A stretch of 37,151 bases of DNA from a bacterium (GTDB lineage Bacteria > Hydrothermota > Tepidihabitantia > Tepidihabitantales > Tepidihabitantaceae): NCBI GenBank assembly GCA_046485285.1, contig JAWOHE010000022.1, positions 1 to 37,151 of the forward strand, read 5' to 3'. This document shows, piece after piece, positions 25,910 through 35,414 of the stretch. A model generated the notes under the pieces. It did not search any database. It had not been told where the DNA came from and was given only the letters and a program-made list of their open reading frames with translations. Position 1 is the first letter of the stretch. The number at the start of each line of letters is the position of its first letter. A program made the translations under genes and the position numbers.

Positions 25910-26735
25910 TGTACTCCTCGAGTGCCTCTCGCCAGTCGCGCAGGGCGATTCCGAACCGCCGGCGCAGGTTGCGGTTCTCCAGGACCGAGCAGGCCGGCCG
26001 GGGCGCCGGGCGGGCGAGCGCGGCGCTGCTGGTCGGCCTGACCTCGCAGTCGGCGTTGCTCAGCCGGACAACCTCCCGGGCCAGCTCATACCAGGAACAG
26101 TTGCCCGAGTTCGTCACGTGGTACCGGTCGAACCGAGTCGACCTGCCGATCTCGTGAAGCGGCCGGAGGATATCGGTCACGAGGGTTGGCGCGCCCACCT
26201 GGTCGTCAACCACTTCGAGCACGGCGAGTTGCGCGGCTTTGCTCCTGATCGTGTCGACAAAGTTCTTCCCGTTTCGGCCGTATAGCCAGCCGGTTCGGAC
26301 GATGAAACCGTGCTTCGTCGTCCGCTCGACCGCCTTCTCCCCCATCAGCTTGCTCCGGCCGTAGACTGAAAGCGGCCCCGGCTCGTCATTCTCGCGATAG
26401 GGACGGCCGGACCGGCCGTCAAACACGTAGTCGGTGCTGACGTAGAGCATCCGGCCGCCGGTCTCGGCAACGCCCAGCGCCACCGCCCAGGTGCCCTGGG
26501 TGTTGACCTTTGCCGCCCGGGCAGGGTCCTGCTCACAGCCGTCCACGTCGGTCCACGCCGCGAGGTGGAACACGACCTCAGGCCCGACCCGGTGAATGCC
26601 GTTGATGGTCGCCTGGATGTCGCTGATATCATGCGCGGGCAGGTCCCACTCGACGACCTCCTCACCTCGAGCCCGAAGATAGCTTACCAGCTCGGTTCCG
26701 AGCATGCCCCGGGCACCGGTCACCAGGCACCGCAT
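25875..26735 (-). CDS. rfbD: dTDP-4-dehydrorhamnose reductase
   Basis: LVTGARGMLG, AAWTDVDGCE, STDYVFDG, YGRSKLMGE, VDDQVGAPT, APRPA. Confidence 0.95.
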   Translation of the reverse strand: MRCLVTGARGMLGTELVSYLRARGEEVVEWDLPAHDISDIQATINGIHRVGPEVVFHLAAWTDVDGCEQDPARAAKVNTQGTWAVALGVAETGGRMLYVSTDYVFDGRSGRPYRENDEPGPLSVYGRSKLMGEKAVERTTKHGFIVRTGWLYGRNGKNFVDTIRSKAAQLAVLEVVDDQVGAPTLVTDILRPLHEIGRSTRFDRYHVTNSGNCSWYELAREVVRLSNADCEVRPTSSAALARPAPRPACSVLENRNLRRRFGIALRDWREALEEYIAGSRTAAAGR

Positions 26736-26742
26736 CGCATCC

Positions 26743-26770
26743 ATCCTATTGCCGTTGCCGGCGCGGTCAA
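26743..26770 (-). promoter_or_regulatory. Leaderless promoter of rfbD-NUDIX
   Basis: TTGACC-N16-TAGGAT, 7 nt before ATG at 26735. Confidence 0.6.
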
Positions 26771-26785
26771 GCGGCCGCTCCCGCG

Positions 26786-26813
26786 TTGACATCGCGGCCG
26801 CCCCGGCTAGATT
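26786..26813 (+). promoter_or_regulatory. Leaderless promoter of YidD/TPR pair
   Basis: TTGACA-N16-TAGATT, 5 nt before GTG at 26819. Confidence 0.62.
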
Positions 26814-26818
26814 GACTC

Positions 26819-28006
26819 GTGCGTCGCGGTCTGCTCGCCCTCACCGCTTTCGTGGTAGTCGCACTCGGCGGGTACGACGCGGCCGGGGTGAGCGCGCGCT
26901 GGCTGGTCGATGTCTGGCAGCTCGTCCTCTCGCCGCTGCAAACCCCCAACACCTGCAACTTCCACCCGACCTGCTCGCAGTTCACCCGCGAGGCGATCGA
27001 GACCCGGGGCCTGCCGGCCGGGGCGGTCATTGGCGCCGACCGCCTTCTCCGCTGCCAGCCGTTCGCCTGGGGTCAGCAGGACCGGGTCTACTTCGGCACG
27101 ACCGGCGGTCGGCTCAACGACCCGGTCGCGAATCATCTCTGCGCTGACCCGAGTCTGCCTGAGGCCCCCGCCTCACCGCCGCCGGCCTTGTTCGACGACT
27201 CCCTGCCGGTCTTCCTCCGGGACGAGGCCGCGGGCTTCGTCCGCTGGCTCTGGTACCGCCGCGACTGGCACCGCGCCGGGGTCGAACTCACCCGCGTCGC
27301 CTGGCTGTTGACTGACAGCACCGCGGCGGCGCTCGCCCGGCTCGCGGCCGGCGAGGCGTTCCTGCGCGCCGGCGAACACGACGCGGCCCGCGCCTCGTTC
27401 CTCGACGCGCTGCCGCGCGCCGGCACCGCGGCACTCCTCGGCGCGGCCCGGGCTGACTTCGCGGCCGAGCGCTACGATAGCTGCCGGACGCTGCTGTCGA
27501 GGAGCCCGGGCCGCGGGACGGAACGGGACGCGCAGGTCCTTGCCGGCTGGTGCCGGTACCGGGAGCGGCGGTTTGCCGACGCCGCCCTGGTCTTCGCCGG
27601 CCTCAATGACCCGGAACTGGCCCCGCTCGCCAGGATGGACGGGCGCGACATCCCGCGACGCTCGCGCGCCCTGGCGATGCTCCTCTCGGCGGTAGTCCCG
27701 GGCGCCGGCCAGGTCTACTCCGGACGCGCCGGGGATGGTGCCTACTCGTTCCTGGCGGTCGCGGGCTCCGGGCTCCTGACCTGGTGGTTCGGCTCCGACG
27801 CACCGCGCCGCGACCCCGACTTCGTCAAGACCGGGATCTTCGGGGTGACAACCGCCATCTCCTACGCGGGCGCGGTCCACGGCGCCGGGATTGCCGCGCG
27901 CGACTTCAACCGCTGGCAGGAGCGCCGCTACGTCGCCCGCGCCGACGAACTGCTCTCCCGCGTCCGGCTCGCCACCGGCTCTCCCGCCAGCCTGCCCGGC
28001 CAATGA
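26819..28006 (+). CDS. YidD (membrane protein insertion efficiency factor)-like domain fused to TPR-like repeats and C-terminal membrane segment
   Basis: WQLVLSP...CNFHPTCSQFTREAI...DRLLRCQP YidD signature after a hydrophobic N-terminus; RRSRALAMLLSAVVPGAGQVYSG motif. Confidence 0.7.
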   Translation: MRRGLLALTAFVVVALGGYDAAGVSARWLVDVWQLVLSPLQTPNTCNFHPTCSQFTREAIETRGLPAGAVIGADRLLRCQPFAWGQQDRVYFGTTGGRLNDPVANHLCADPSLPEAPASPPPALFDDSLPVFLRDEAAGFVRWLWYRRDWHRAGVELTRVAWLLTDSTAAALARLAAGEAFLRAGEHDAARASFLDALPRAGTAALLGAARADFAAERYDSCRTLLSRSPGRGTERDAQVLAGWCRYRERRFADAALVFAGLNDPELAPLARMDGRDIPRRSRALAMLLSAVVPGAGQVYSGRAGDGAYSFLAVAGSGLLTWWFGSDAPRRDPDFVKTGIFGVTTAISYAGAVHGAGIAARDFNRWQERRYVARADELLSRVRLATGSPASLPGQ

Positions 28007-28845
28007 ACGGTTTCTTCGCCCTGCTCGTCGTTCTCACCGCCGTTCCCGGCTCGGCCGGCGACAACCTCCTCGGGCTCGGGCTGTTCGAGGACGCGGCGAC
28101 CGAATACCTGCGCGAGCTTCACTCCGGTGCGCCGGACTCCAGCTTACTCCACATCAAGCTCGGCTTCGCCCTTGCCGGGGCCGGTGAGCTCGAGCAGGCG
28201 GCCGTCGAGTTCCGCGCCGCGGCCACGGACGGGGAGACAGCGATTGCCGCCGCCTCGGCCCTGGCCGGGATGTTCGCGGAGCTCGAGCGCCACGAACGCG
28301 CCCGCATCGAGCTCGCCGGGCTCGCCGCATTCGTTCCCGAGCCGGACCGCGTCGCCGTGGAACTAAGGCTGGCCTGGCTCGACCTCGTGCTCGGCAACCT
28401 GTCGGCGGCGCGCGCCCGCTACGCCGGTCTCGGCCGCGATGACGTCGCCGCCCGGCTCGAGCAACCGCCGCCGAGGCGCAGCCCGGAACTCGCCATCGCG
28501 CTGTCCTCGCTCGTGCCCGGTTCGGGCGAGCTGTACGCCGGCCGGCCGGCGCGGGGATTCCTGAGCCTGCTCGTTACCGGCGCCAGCGCGACCGGCAGTT
28601 GGTACGCGGCCCGTTCCGGGGACTGGGTCACCGCCGGCGTGGTCTTCTCACTGCTCTTCCTGAGATTCTACGCCGGGTCGCGCGCCAACGCGGCCGACTG
28701 CGCCGAGGCATTCAACCGGTCAGCACTGGGCAATTATGCCGCCAGCGTCGGCGCAACGGCCGGGGTCGCGCCGGACTGGTTCGGCCCGGCCGAGCAGGTT
28801 ACCGGTCTGGGCTGGCCGCGCCCGCGAAGAGCTGTCCGGCGATAG
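28003..28845 (+). CDS. TPR-like secreted/membrane protein, partial paralog of upstream gene
   Basis: Start MNGFFALL at 28003 (ATGA overlap); RRSPELAIALSSLVPGSGELYAG motif. Confidence 0.65.
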   Translation: MNGFFALLVVLTAVPGSAGDNLLGLGLFEDAATEYLRELHSGAPDSSLLHIKLGFALAGAGELEQAAVEFRAAATDGETAIAAASALAGMFAELERHERARIELAGLAAFVPEPDRVAVELRLAWLDLVLGNLSAARARYAGLGRDDVAARLEQPPPRRSPELAIALSSLVPGSGELYAGRPARGFLSLLVTGASATGSWYAARSGDWVTAGVVFSLLFLRFYAGSRANAADCAEAFNRSALGNYAASVGATAGVAPDWFGPAEQVTGLGWPRPRRAVRR

Positions 28846-29359
28846 CTGAGGCGAGTTCGTCGCGCAGCGCCGACAGCGCCTCGTCAAGCGAGTAGTCAAC
28901 GACGTGGCGGTCGAAGACGACGTGGAGTCCGCCGCTGATGTCGGCCGGCTCGCCCAGCCTCGCCCCGAACCGCGCGCCAAACCGCTCGCGGTCGACGCGC
29001 GACAGCCGGACCTCCGGCTTGCGGTCGCGGTACTGCGCGACGATCGTCTCGAGCAGCGCCGGGTACTCGTCGTCGGCGAGGATCCTCTCCCGCGCCCGGT
29101 CGAAGGCGCGGTCGATGACCTCCCACTTCGCGGTGAGTATCGCCTTGCGCCGGTCAAGCCCGCCCCGGCTCCGGGCGCGCTCGGCAATCAGCCCGGTCTC
29201 GCGCCCGATCCGCTCGCCGAACTGCCGCTCCAGCTCGCCCAGCTCGGAGTCCCGGCGCCGGGCGACCTCGGCGGCCTCCCGCTCACGCTCTGCCTCGACG
29301 CCGGCGACGCGCTCGCGCCCGTCCTGGCGGATCTTGTCGAGCAACTCGCCGGCACCCAT
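28799..29359 (-). CDS. V/A-type ATP synthase subunit E
   Basis: Start MGAGELLDKI; charged coiled-coil, ILTAKWEVIDRAF, ISGGL...VDYSLD; directly after subunit K. Confidence 0.8.
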   Translation of the reverse strand: MGAGELLDKIRQDGRERVAGVEAEREREAAEVARRRDSELGELERQFGERIGRETGLIAERARSRGGLDRRKAILTAKWEVIDRAFDRARERILADDEYPALLETIVAQYRDRKPEVRLSRVDRERFGARFGARLGEPADISGGLHVVFDRHVVDYSLDEALSALRDELASAIAGQLFAGAASPDR

Positions 29360-29364
29360 CGCGA

Positions 29365-29856
<492 letters not shown>

Positions 29857-32082
29857 TTACCTTACGGCAATGTAGCGATTCTCTTCCTTGAAAGGCGTGA
29901 ACGGCTCGCCCCCGCCGCTAAAGAACCGGGGGAAGAACTCGACGTAGTTCAGCCGCAGCGTGTGGACGAACGCGCCCAGCACGTTGACGGCGAGATTGTA
30001 GCTGTGGCCGATGACCAGCGCGATCACCGCCAGCAGGATGCCGAGCACCGGGATGCCGGTCACCATCCACGCGACGGTGTTTATCGCCATCGCGATGCCG
30101 CCGGTGACCATCCCCAGTGCCATTATCCGGATGTATGACAGGACGACGCCGACGTAGGAGGTCGCGCCGTAGAGCGCGTAGCCGCCCCACGCCAGCTTGC
30201 CCGCGACCGCCCGGTTGGCCGGCGCGGAGAAGAAGAAGGCGACGCCGGCCAGCGCCGCCACCGGCCACGGCAGGACCCCGGCCAGCCACAGCACGAGCGC
30301 GGCCAGCGCGACCGCGGCGAGCCCAAGCGGCACGGCCCTGAGCCGGCGCAGGCGTGCGAGGTCGAAAAGCGAGTAGCCATAGAGCCCGGCGAACGCGGCC
30401 AGCACTCCCCACCGGGCGAGCGCGAACCCGGCCGGCAGGCCGCCGAGCTTCGCCGCGAAGAACACCAGCGTCAGCCAGAACAGCCCGAACCAGAGCGTCT
30501 GGCCGAGCGCGATTTCCCGCGCGCGCCGGGTGAAGACGACTATCGCGGCCACCGAGGCCAGCACGACCACGAGCAGGAGCGTCGAAACCCAGCCCGGCAG
30601 CGACTTGCCGAGAACCGCCAGCGCGACCAGCGCGTTGAGCGCGACGAACCAGGGCAACTGCCCGAGCAGCGCGTCGCCCGGCCGCCGGTTCCGGAGCGAA
30701 TCGACTATCTCGATAATGAAGCCGTAAATCATGTGGGCGTAGCCCATCCCGAGCGACAGGATGAAGAAGGGCATCGGGTTCTTCAGCGGGTCGAACCACA
30801 TCAGCCGGTTCTTGATTCCCAGCAGCGGCTGCCAGCCGAGCCGGTCCGGCAGGTCGCCGAACCAGCCGCCGACCAGCGCGCCGGCGACAATCGTCATCAG
30901 CCCGCCGAAAAGCAGGATGCCGAGGAGCTTGTTGTTCGCGCCCATCCGCCTCATCAGCAGTGCCGCGATCACCGCCAGCGCGATGCCGTAGCCGGCGTCG
31001 GTCAGGCAGAAGCCGAAGAACACCAGGAAGAACGGCGCCAGCCAGGGAGTCGGGTCGGCCTCATCCGGCTGGGGCATCCCGTAGAGGTCGAGTACGAGCT
31101 CGAACGGCCGGAAAGCCCGCCGGTTCGCCAGCGCCACCGGCGGCGCCTCGTCCGGGGGCGGCGCGACCCGCGTGACGGCCGCCGCACCAACGCTCGCGAC
31201 AATCTGCTCGAGCGCGGGCAGGTCCCGCTCGCGGACCCAGCCGGTCAGCATCGCCACCGACTCGGTCCGCTCGAGCGCGGCCGACGCCTCGGTCCGGCGC
31301 TGACGGTTGAGCACGCTGTCGGCGACCGCCTTCAGGCTCGGCAGTTCGGTGACGAGTTCGGCCAGCCGCGCCTCGATCCCCCCCCGGCGGCGCGCGATGT
31401 CGGCCCGCTCGCGCTCGACCTCCGCGAGCGCGTCGGCCGGCCGCCGACCCACCTCGCGCAGGTCGACCGGCTCAAACCGCAGCCCGGAAAGCTCCCGGCC
31501 GACCTCGTCCTCCTCGCCGCGCAGGCAGACGACCAGCGCCGCGACGCCGGCCTCGCCTGCCGCGACGGGCTGGACCGCCGCCCGCCGCCCGGCCAGCAAC
31601 TCCCGGGCCCGGCCGACCTCGACCTCGTCCGCGAAAAGCCCGGTCAGCACCGCGGCCTTCTCGAGCCGCGCGAGCTCCGCCGGCGCCCGGTCGAGCCCGC
31701 GCCACGGCGCGAGCCGGCGCGCCTCGGTATCGAGCTCCCGGCCGCGCCCGGCCAGCTCGTCGAGTTCCCGGCCCAGGCCCCGCACCTCGTCAAGCCGGGG
31801 CCCGGCGTCGTACCGCTCGGCTGCGGCATCGAACTGTGAGCGGGTCATCGGGACCTGGTCGCCGCCGAGCAGGCTCCGCTTCGACGCCTGCCGCGCCTTC
31901 AGGAGCTCGATCGCCTCCTCGTAGCGCGCGAACTCGCGGCCGGGCTCGCCGGCCGCCGCCGTCTCGACCGTCTCGCTGCGAACCAGGTGGAAGACTCCCC
32001 GCCGCTGGAGCGACTTGAGCAACTGCTCGGACCGGTCCCGGTGGACCGCGACGACGACCCGGGCTACCGGCTCGACCGCCAT
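29857..32082 (-). CDS. V/A-type ATP synthase subunit I (a)
   Basis: DPTPWLAPFFLVFFGFCLTDAGYG, LSYIRIMALG (essential Arg), GAFVHTLRLNYVEFF. Confidence 0.95.
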   Translation of the reverse strand: MAVEPVARVVVAVHRDRSEQLLKSLQRRGVFHLVRSETVETAAAGEPGREFARYEEAIELLKARQASKRSLLGGDQVPMTRSQFDAAAERYDAGPRLDEVRGLGRELDELAGRGRELDTEARRLAPWRGLDRAPAELARLEKAAVLTGLFADEVEVGRARELLAGRRAAVQPVAAGEAGVAALVVCLRGEEDEVGRELSGLRFEPVDLREVGRRPADALAEVERERADIARRRGGIEARLAELVTELPSLKAVADSVLNRQRRTEASAALERTESVAMLTGWVRERDLPALEQIVASVGAAAVTRVAPPPDEAPPVALANRRAFRPFELVLDLYGMPQPDEADPTPWLAPFFLVFFGFCLTDAGYGIALAVIAALLMRRMGANNKLLGILLFGGLMTIVAGALVGGWFGDLPDRLGWQPLLGIKNRLMWFDPLKNPMPFFILSLGMGYAHMIYGFIIEIVDSLRNRRPGDALLGQLPWFVALNALVALAVLGKSLPGWVSTLLLVVVLASVAAIVVFTRRAREIALGQTLWFGLFWLTLVFFAAKLGGLPAGFALARWGVLAAFAGLYGYSLFDLARLRRLRAVPLGLAAVALAALVLWLAGVLPWPVAALAGVAFFFSAPANRAVAGKLAWGGYALYGATSYVGVVLSYIRIMALGMVTGGIAMAINTVAWMVTGIPVLGILLAVIALVIGHSYNLAVNVLGAFVHTLRLNYVEFFPRFFSGGGEPFTPFKEENRYIAVR

Positions 32083-32402
32083 TGCTTCTTGAGTGCCTCG
32101 ACGACCGTGTCCGCCGCGCGCTCGACCGCGGCCGGGTCCGCGCCGGCAATCGCGGCGACATCGGCCTGGGTCCCGGCGGCCTGCTCGGCGGCAAGCCGCT
32201 CCGCCTCGGCCTCGGCCTGCCTGACCGCCTCGACCAGCTTCTTCTGGAGCCGCTCGCGGGCGTCAGCGACCGCCTGCCGGGCCGCGGCCTCGGCCTCGAG
32301 CGCCGCGCGCCGGCGTCGCTCCTCGGCGGCCTTCACCGCGGCCGCGACCTCGGCCTCGGCCGCGCGGACCTGCTCGACGATGCTGTCGGTTTCCTGCGCC
32401 AT
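32064..32402 (-). CDS. V/A-type ATP synthase subunit H/G (peripheral stalk)
   Basis: Ala/Glu-rich coiled coil (IVEQVRAAEAE...), 112 aa, directly upstream of subunit I. Confidence 0.7.
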   Translation of the reverse strand: MAQETDSIVEQVRAAEAEVAAAVKAAEERRRRAALEAEAAARQAVADARERLQKKLVEAVRQAEAEAERLAAEQAAGTQADVAAIAGADPAAVERAADTVVEALKKQWRSSR

Positions 32403-32416
32403 GATTTCGGGCCAAG

Positions 32417-32444
32417 AGACTACCCTCCGACCGCCCGGTGTCAA
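32417..32444 (-). promoter_or_regulatory. Promoter of ATPase H-I-K-E operon
   Basis: TTGACA-N16-TAGTCT, 14 nt before ATG, no SD. Confidence 0.55.
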
Positions 32445-32463
32445 GAAACCGGCGCCCGCGGGC

Positions 32464-34842
32464 TCAACGCTGGATGACCACCTTCCGGACCGCGGCCCGC
32501 CCGTCCGCGGACACGGTCCGCACGAAGTATGCGCCGGCCGGCAGGTGCCGGACGTCGTTCGCGCCCGGCGCGAGTTCCATCACGCTCCGGCCCGAGACGT
32601 CGAGCAACTGCCCGCGCGCCGCCGGGTCGCCGGCCGTCGGCATCGCCAGCACCGCGCGGACAATCGTCGGCAGCGGCCGCTCCCGGGCTCCGGCAACCTC
32701 CTCCGCGACCCCGACCGTGAGGCTGTCGCGCAGGACCGCGATCGAGCGCCCCGGCTGACAACCGACGTAGACCCGGTCGTGGTTCGAGTTCCACACCATC
32801 GTCAGCGGCCCTGCCCCGACCGGGATGGCCCCGATGTACCTGCCGGTCTCGAGGTTGAACGTGCCGACCTGGTTCGCGCCCGGGTCGGGCGCGTACAGCC
32901 GGTTGAGCCTCGTGTCCACCGCCAGCGCGCCCGCGCGCCCGAGCCAGGACAGCGTCCAGACGTGCCGGCCGGCCTCGACATCGATGACCACGATTCGCCC
33001 GTCGCCGGCCCGTCCGACGTGGAGTCGGTTCCGCGCGGTGTCGCAGGCGGCATACTCCAGGTTGTACATGCCGATCGGCACGGTATCGACGCCTGCCCGC
33101 CGCTCCACGTCGACGAGCGTGGCGACCCCGACGTTGCCGGCGTGGACACAGCAGACCCGGCTGGCCCGCGGCGCCCAGAACAGCAGGGCCGGGTTCCCGA
33201 GGACGCCGATGTAGGCGGCCACCCGGTTGCGGAAGCCGTCAATCACCGTCAGCAGACCGACCGGCCCGGATGCGACGTAGACCTCGTTGCGGGTCGGCAC
33301 CGAGAGCAGTGCCGCGACCCCGGCCCCGGTGCCGAGCCCGACGATCGCCTCGAGCGAGTCGCGGGCGCAGTTGACGATGCCGACGAGGTTCCCGTCCCGG
33401 GGCGCGGCGTAGAGCTTGTTCGCGGCCGGGTTCCACTCCAGCAGGCCGGCCGGGAACCCGAGCTCAATGCGCCTGATCAGCTCGCCGGTCGCGCCGTCGC
33501 AGGCCAGCACCGCGCCGTCCGCGGTGCCGCAGTAGACCTTGCCCGCGACCGGGCTCGCCGCCACGCTCAGCAACTGCCGGCCGAGGGCCGCCGAACCGAT
33601 GACCGTGTTGTCCGCGCCGTCGACGACGAACAGCTCCTCGAGCGCCTCGTCCGCGCAGTAGAACCGGTCCGCCCGCGGGTCGAAGGCAAGTGCCAGCGCG
33701 CCGCTCTTGGTCCGGACAACGCGAGTCACCTGGTTCGTGACGCCGTCGATGGTCGAGACCAGCGAGACGTCGAACTGGGCGCAGTGGGCCCGGTTCCGCG
33801 CAACGTCCACCGCCAGCCCGGCCGTGCTCGCCAGCCAGAAGGACACGACAATCCGGTCGCTCGCACCGTCAATCACCGAGAACTCGGACCCGCCCGCGAC
33901 GTAGACGGCGTTGGCGGCCGGGTTGTAGGCGACCGCGCCATCGTCGACGCCCGCGTACAGCCGGGCAAGGACGCTGTCGGTCGCGCATTCTATCACGTGA
34001 ACATAGCTCGGGCCGACCGCGTAGACCTTGTCGTCATCCGGGTTGTAGCAGGCCAGCATCGGCCGGGTGACACCGGGAATCGAATCGAGCAGGCTGTCGC
34101 CGACCGCGTCGATGATGTCAACCGCGCCGTCCCCGGTCACGTAGACCTTGTTCCGGGCCGGGTTTGCGACCACGTTCACCGGCATCGCCGTCGTCGCAAT
34201 CGTCGTCAGCACCGTGTCGGCGTCGGCGTCGACCGCGGTCACGAGCCAGTCGCCCGGGCTCACGCAGTAGAGCTTCCGCACCGCGCTCTCGAGCGCGATG
34301 TTGTACGAAAGCCTCGGCACGGGCACGACCGCGAGCACCGAGTCGCCCGCGACGTCGATGACCGCCAGCTCGCCGACGTTGTAGCTCAGGCAGTAGACGA
34401 CGTTGCGCGCCGGGTCGTGGAGCAGTCGAATCGGGAAGCTCCCGACCGACAGCACGCGGACGACCGAGTCGAGCTCGCAGTCAATCACGTGGATCTCTGA
34501 CTGGTCGCGCCGGGCGGCGTAGACCTTGTTCGACGCCGGCGCCCAGGCCAGCGCCCGCACCCCGGTCAGCCCGGTGAAGCACCGGATGCGTCCCATCGTC
34601 ACCGCGTCGAGCGACAGGAGGCCCGGGCCGTCGACCCCGCCGACGTAGACCTTGTCGCCCGCGGCCACAATCGCCTCCGGGTGGCGCGGCCCCAACCGGT
34701 CGCCGGGCAGTTCAATCGTCGTCTCCAGCCACTGCCCCGAAGCCGCGGCCGCGACCAGCGCGACCAGGACCATCAACCGTGCGCGTCCCGACCCGCCGCC
34801 GGCCCGCGCGGTGTGGCTGCTGCGCAGAGTATGTCGGTACAT
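32464..34842 (-). CDS. Secreted YncE/YVTN-type multi-beta-propeller protein with C-terminal sorting-like domain
   Basis: AGGAGG RBS then ATG at 34842; signal-like LMVLVALVAAAASG; many ~40 aa NKVY/VID/DSVL repeats; C-terminus GVAEE...LLDVSGRSV...GAYFVR...KVVIQR. Confidence 0.85.
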   Translation of the reverse strand: MYRHTLRSSHTARAGGGSGRARLMVLVALVAAAASGQWLETTIELPGDRLGPRHPEAIVAAGDKVYVGGVDGPGLLSLDAVTMGRIRCFTGLTGVRALAWAPASNKVYAARRDQSEIHVIDCELDSVVRVLSVGSFPIRLLHDPARNVVYCLSYNVGELAVIDVAGDSVLAVVPVPRLSYNIALESAVRKLYCVSPGDWLVTAVDADADTVLTTIATTAMPVNVVANPARNKVYVTGDGAVDIIDAVGDSLLDSIPGVTRPMLACYNPDDDKVYAVGPSYVHVIECATDSVLARLYAGVDDGAVAYNPAANAVYVAGGSEFSVIDGASDRIVVSFWLASTAGLAVDVARNRAHCAQFDVSLVSTIDGVTNQVTRVVRTKSGALALAFDPRADRFYCADEALEELFVVDGADNTVIGSAALGRQLLSVAASPVAGKVYCGTADGAVLACDGATGELIRRIELGFPAGLLEWNPAANKLYAAPRDGNLVGIVNCARDSLEAIVGLGTGAGVAALLSVPTRNEVYVASGPVGLLTVIDGFRNRVAAYIGVLGNPALLFWAPRASRVCCVHAGNVGVATLVDVERRAGVDTVPIGMYNLEYAACDTARNRLHVGRAGDGRIVVIDVEAGRHVWTLSWLGRAGALAVDTRLNRLYAPDPGANQVGTFNLETGRYIGAIPVGAGPLTMVWNSNHDRVYVGCQPGRSIAVLRDSLTVGVAEEVAGARERPLPTIVRAVLAMPTAGDPAARGQLLDVSGRSVMELAPGANDVRHLPAGAYFVRTVSADGRAAVRKVVIQR

Positions 34843-34917
34843 CTCGCTCACCTCCTGTGCTGACCGACAAACGCATCACTGCCTTCCTGCTGTCCCGTCA
34901 TTCCCGCTTCCGGGAGG

Positions 34918-34946
34918 AGTCTATTCCTCCCCGCCCCGCGTGTCAA
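34918..34946 (-). promoter_or_regulatory. Promoter of beta-propeller gene
   Basis: TTGACA-N17-TAGACT. Confidence 0.55.
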
Positions 34947-34962
34947 GCCGAAAATCCGACTA

Positions 34963-35023
34963 CCACCCATCGTCCGCTCACTGGTTCAGGGTTCATGGTT
35001 CAGGGCTCAAAGTTCTGCGCTCA
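34963..35023 (+). repeat. Outer direct repeat DR1, left copy
   Basis: 59/61 identical to 36699-36759. Confidence 0.9.
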
Positions 35024-35058
35024 TCGTTCAGCGCTTTCCCTCCCTCCCCCCCGCACCG

Positions 35059-35092
35059 CCTGTCATTTCGACCGCAGTGGAGAGATCCCTCT
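35059..35092. repeat. REP-like short element
   Basis: CCTGTCATTTCGACCGCAGTGGAGAGATCCCT resembles the TGTCATTTCGACC...GGAGAAATC class of short intergenic repeats; single copy here. Confidence 0.4.
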
Positions 35093-35110
35093 CCGGCCCG
35101 TGGGGGCCGT

Positions 35111-35228
35111 GGTTCAAGGTTCATAGTTCAGAGTTCATAGTTCAGAATCTCTTCCCTTCTCACCCTTCCCCCTCTGCCTTCGTGCCTGATTCCGCCCTCT
35201 GCACTCTGCAATCCGGCATCTGCAATCC
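35111..35228. repeat. Heptamer short tandem repeat tract
   Basis: GGTTCAA GGTTCAT AGTTCAG AGTTCAT AGTTCAG ... CCCTCTG CACTCTG CAATCCG GCATCTG CAATCCC. Confidence 0.7.
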
Positions 35229-35285
35229 CGCCCGCGCAATTTCCCATTGACATCCCCCTTCTTCCGCGCCACAACGACCGGTACT

Positions 35286-35347
35286 AACACGACGCCCGGG
35301 CCGGGGCAGACGGGGCGGGGAGTTAAGTATTGTCCCCGGAATCCCCA
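35286..35347 (+). repeat. Middle direct repeat DR2, left copy (contains GGGGAGTTAAGTAT-TGTCCCCGGAATCCCC)
   Basis: Matches 36619-36682 with 4 substitutions and a 2-nt indel. Confidence 0.88.
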
Positions 35348-35411
35348 ACATCCGGTTCACGGTCTCGGCCAGCTTCACCTGCCGATTGTCAACGATGTCA
35401 TGTGCGGCCAT
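35346..35411 (-). pseudogene. 5' stub of a probable helicase/PLD-nuclease gene (inner repeat DR3, left copy), cut off at DR2
   Basis: MAAHDIVDNRQVKLAETVNRML recalls the HDIIDNR-x2-KL N-terminus of PLD-SNF2 helicases; 35358-35411 is 51/54 identical to 36527-36580. Confidence 0.55.
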
Positions 35412-35414
35412 GGT

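Noticed and set aside
31987-34500. 837-aa plus-strand ORF
   Set aside because: Antisense shadow of the beta-propeller gene
35160-35411. 83-aa ORF as a functional protein
   Set aside because: Only the first ~22 codons look protein-like; the rest is translated DR2 and heptamer repeats
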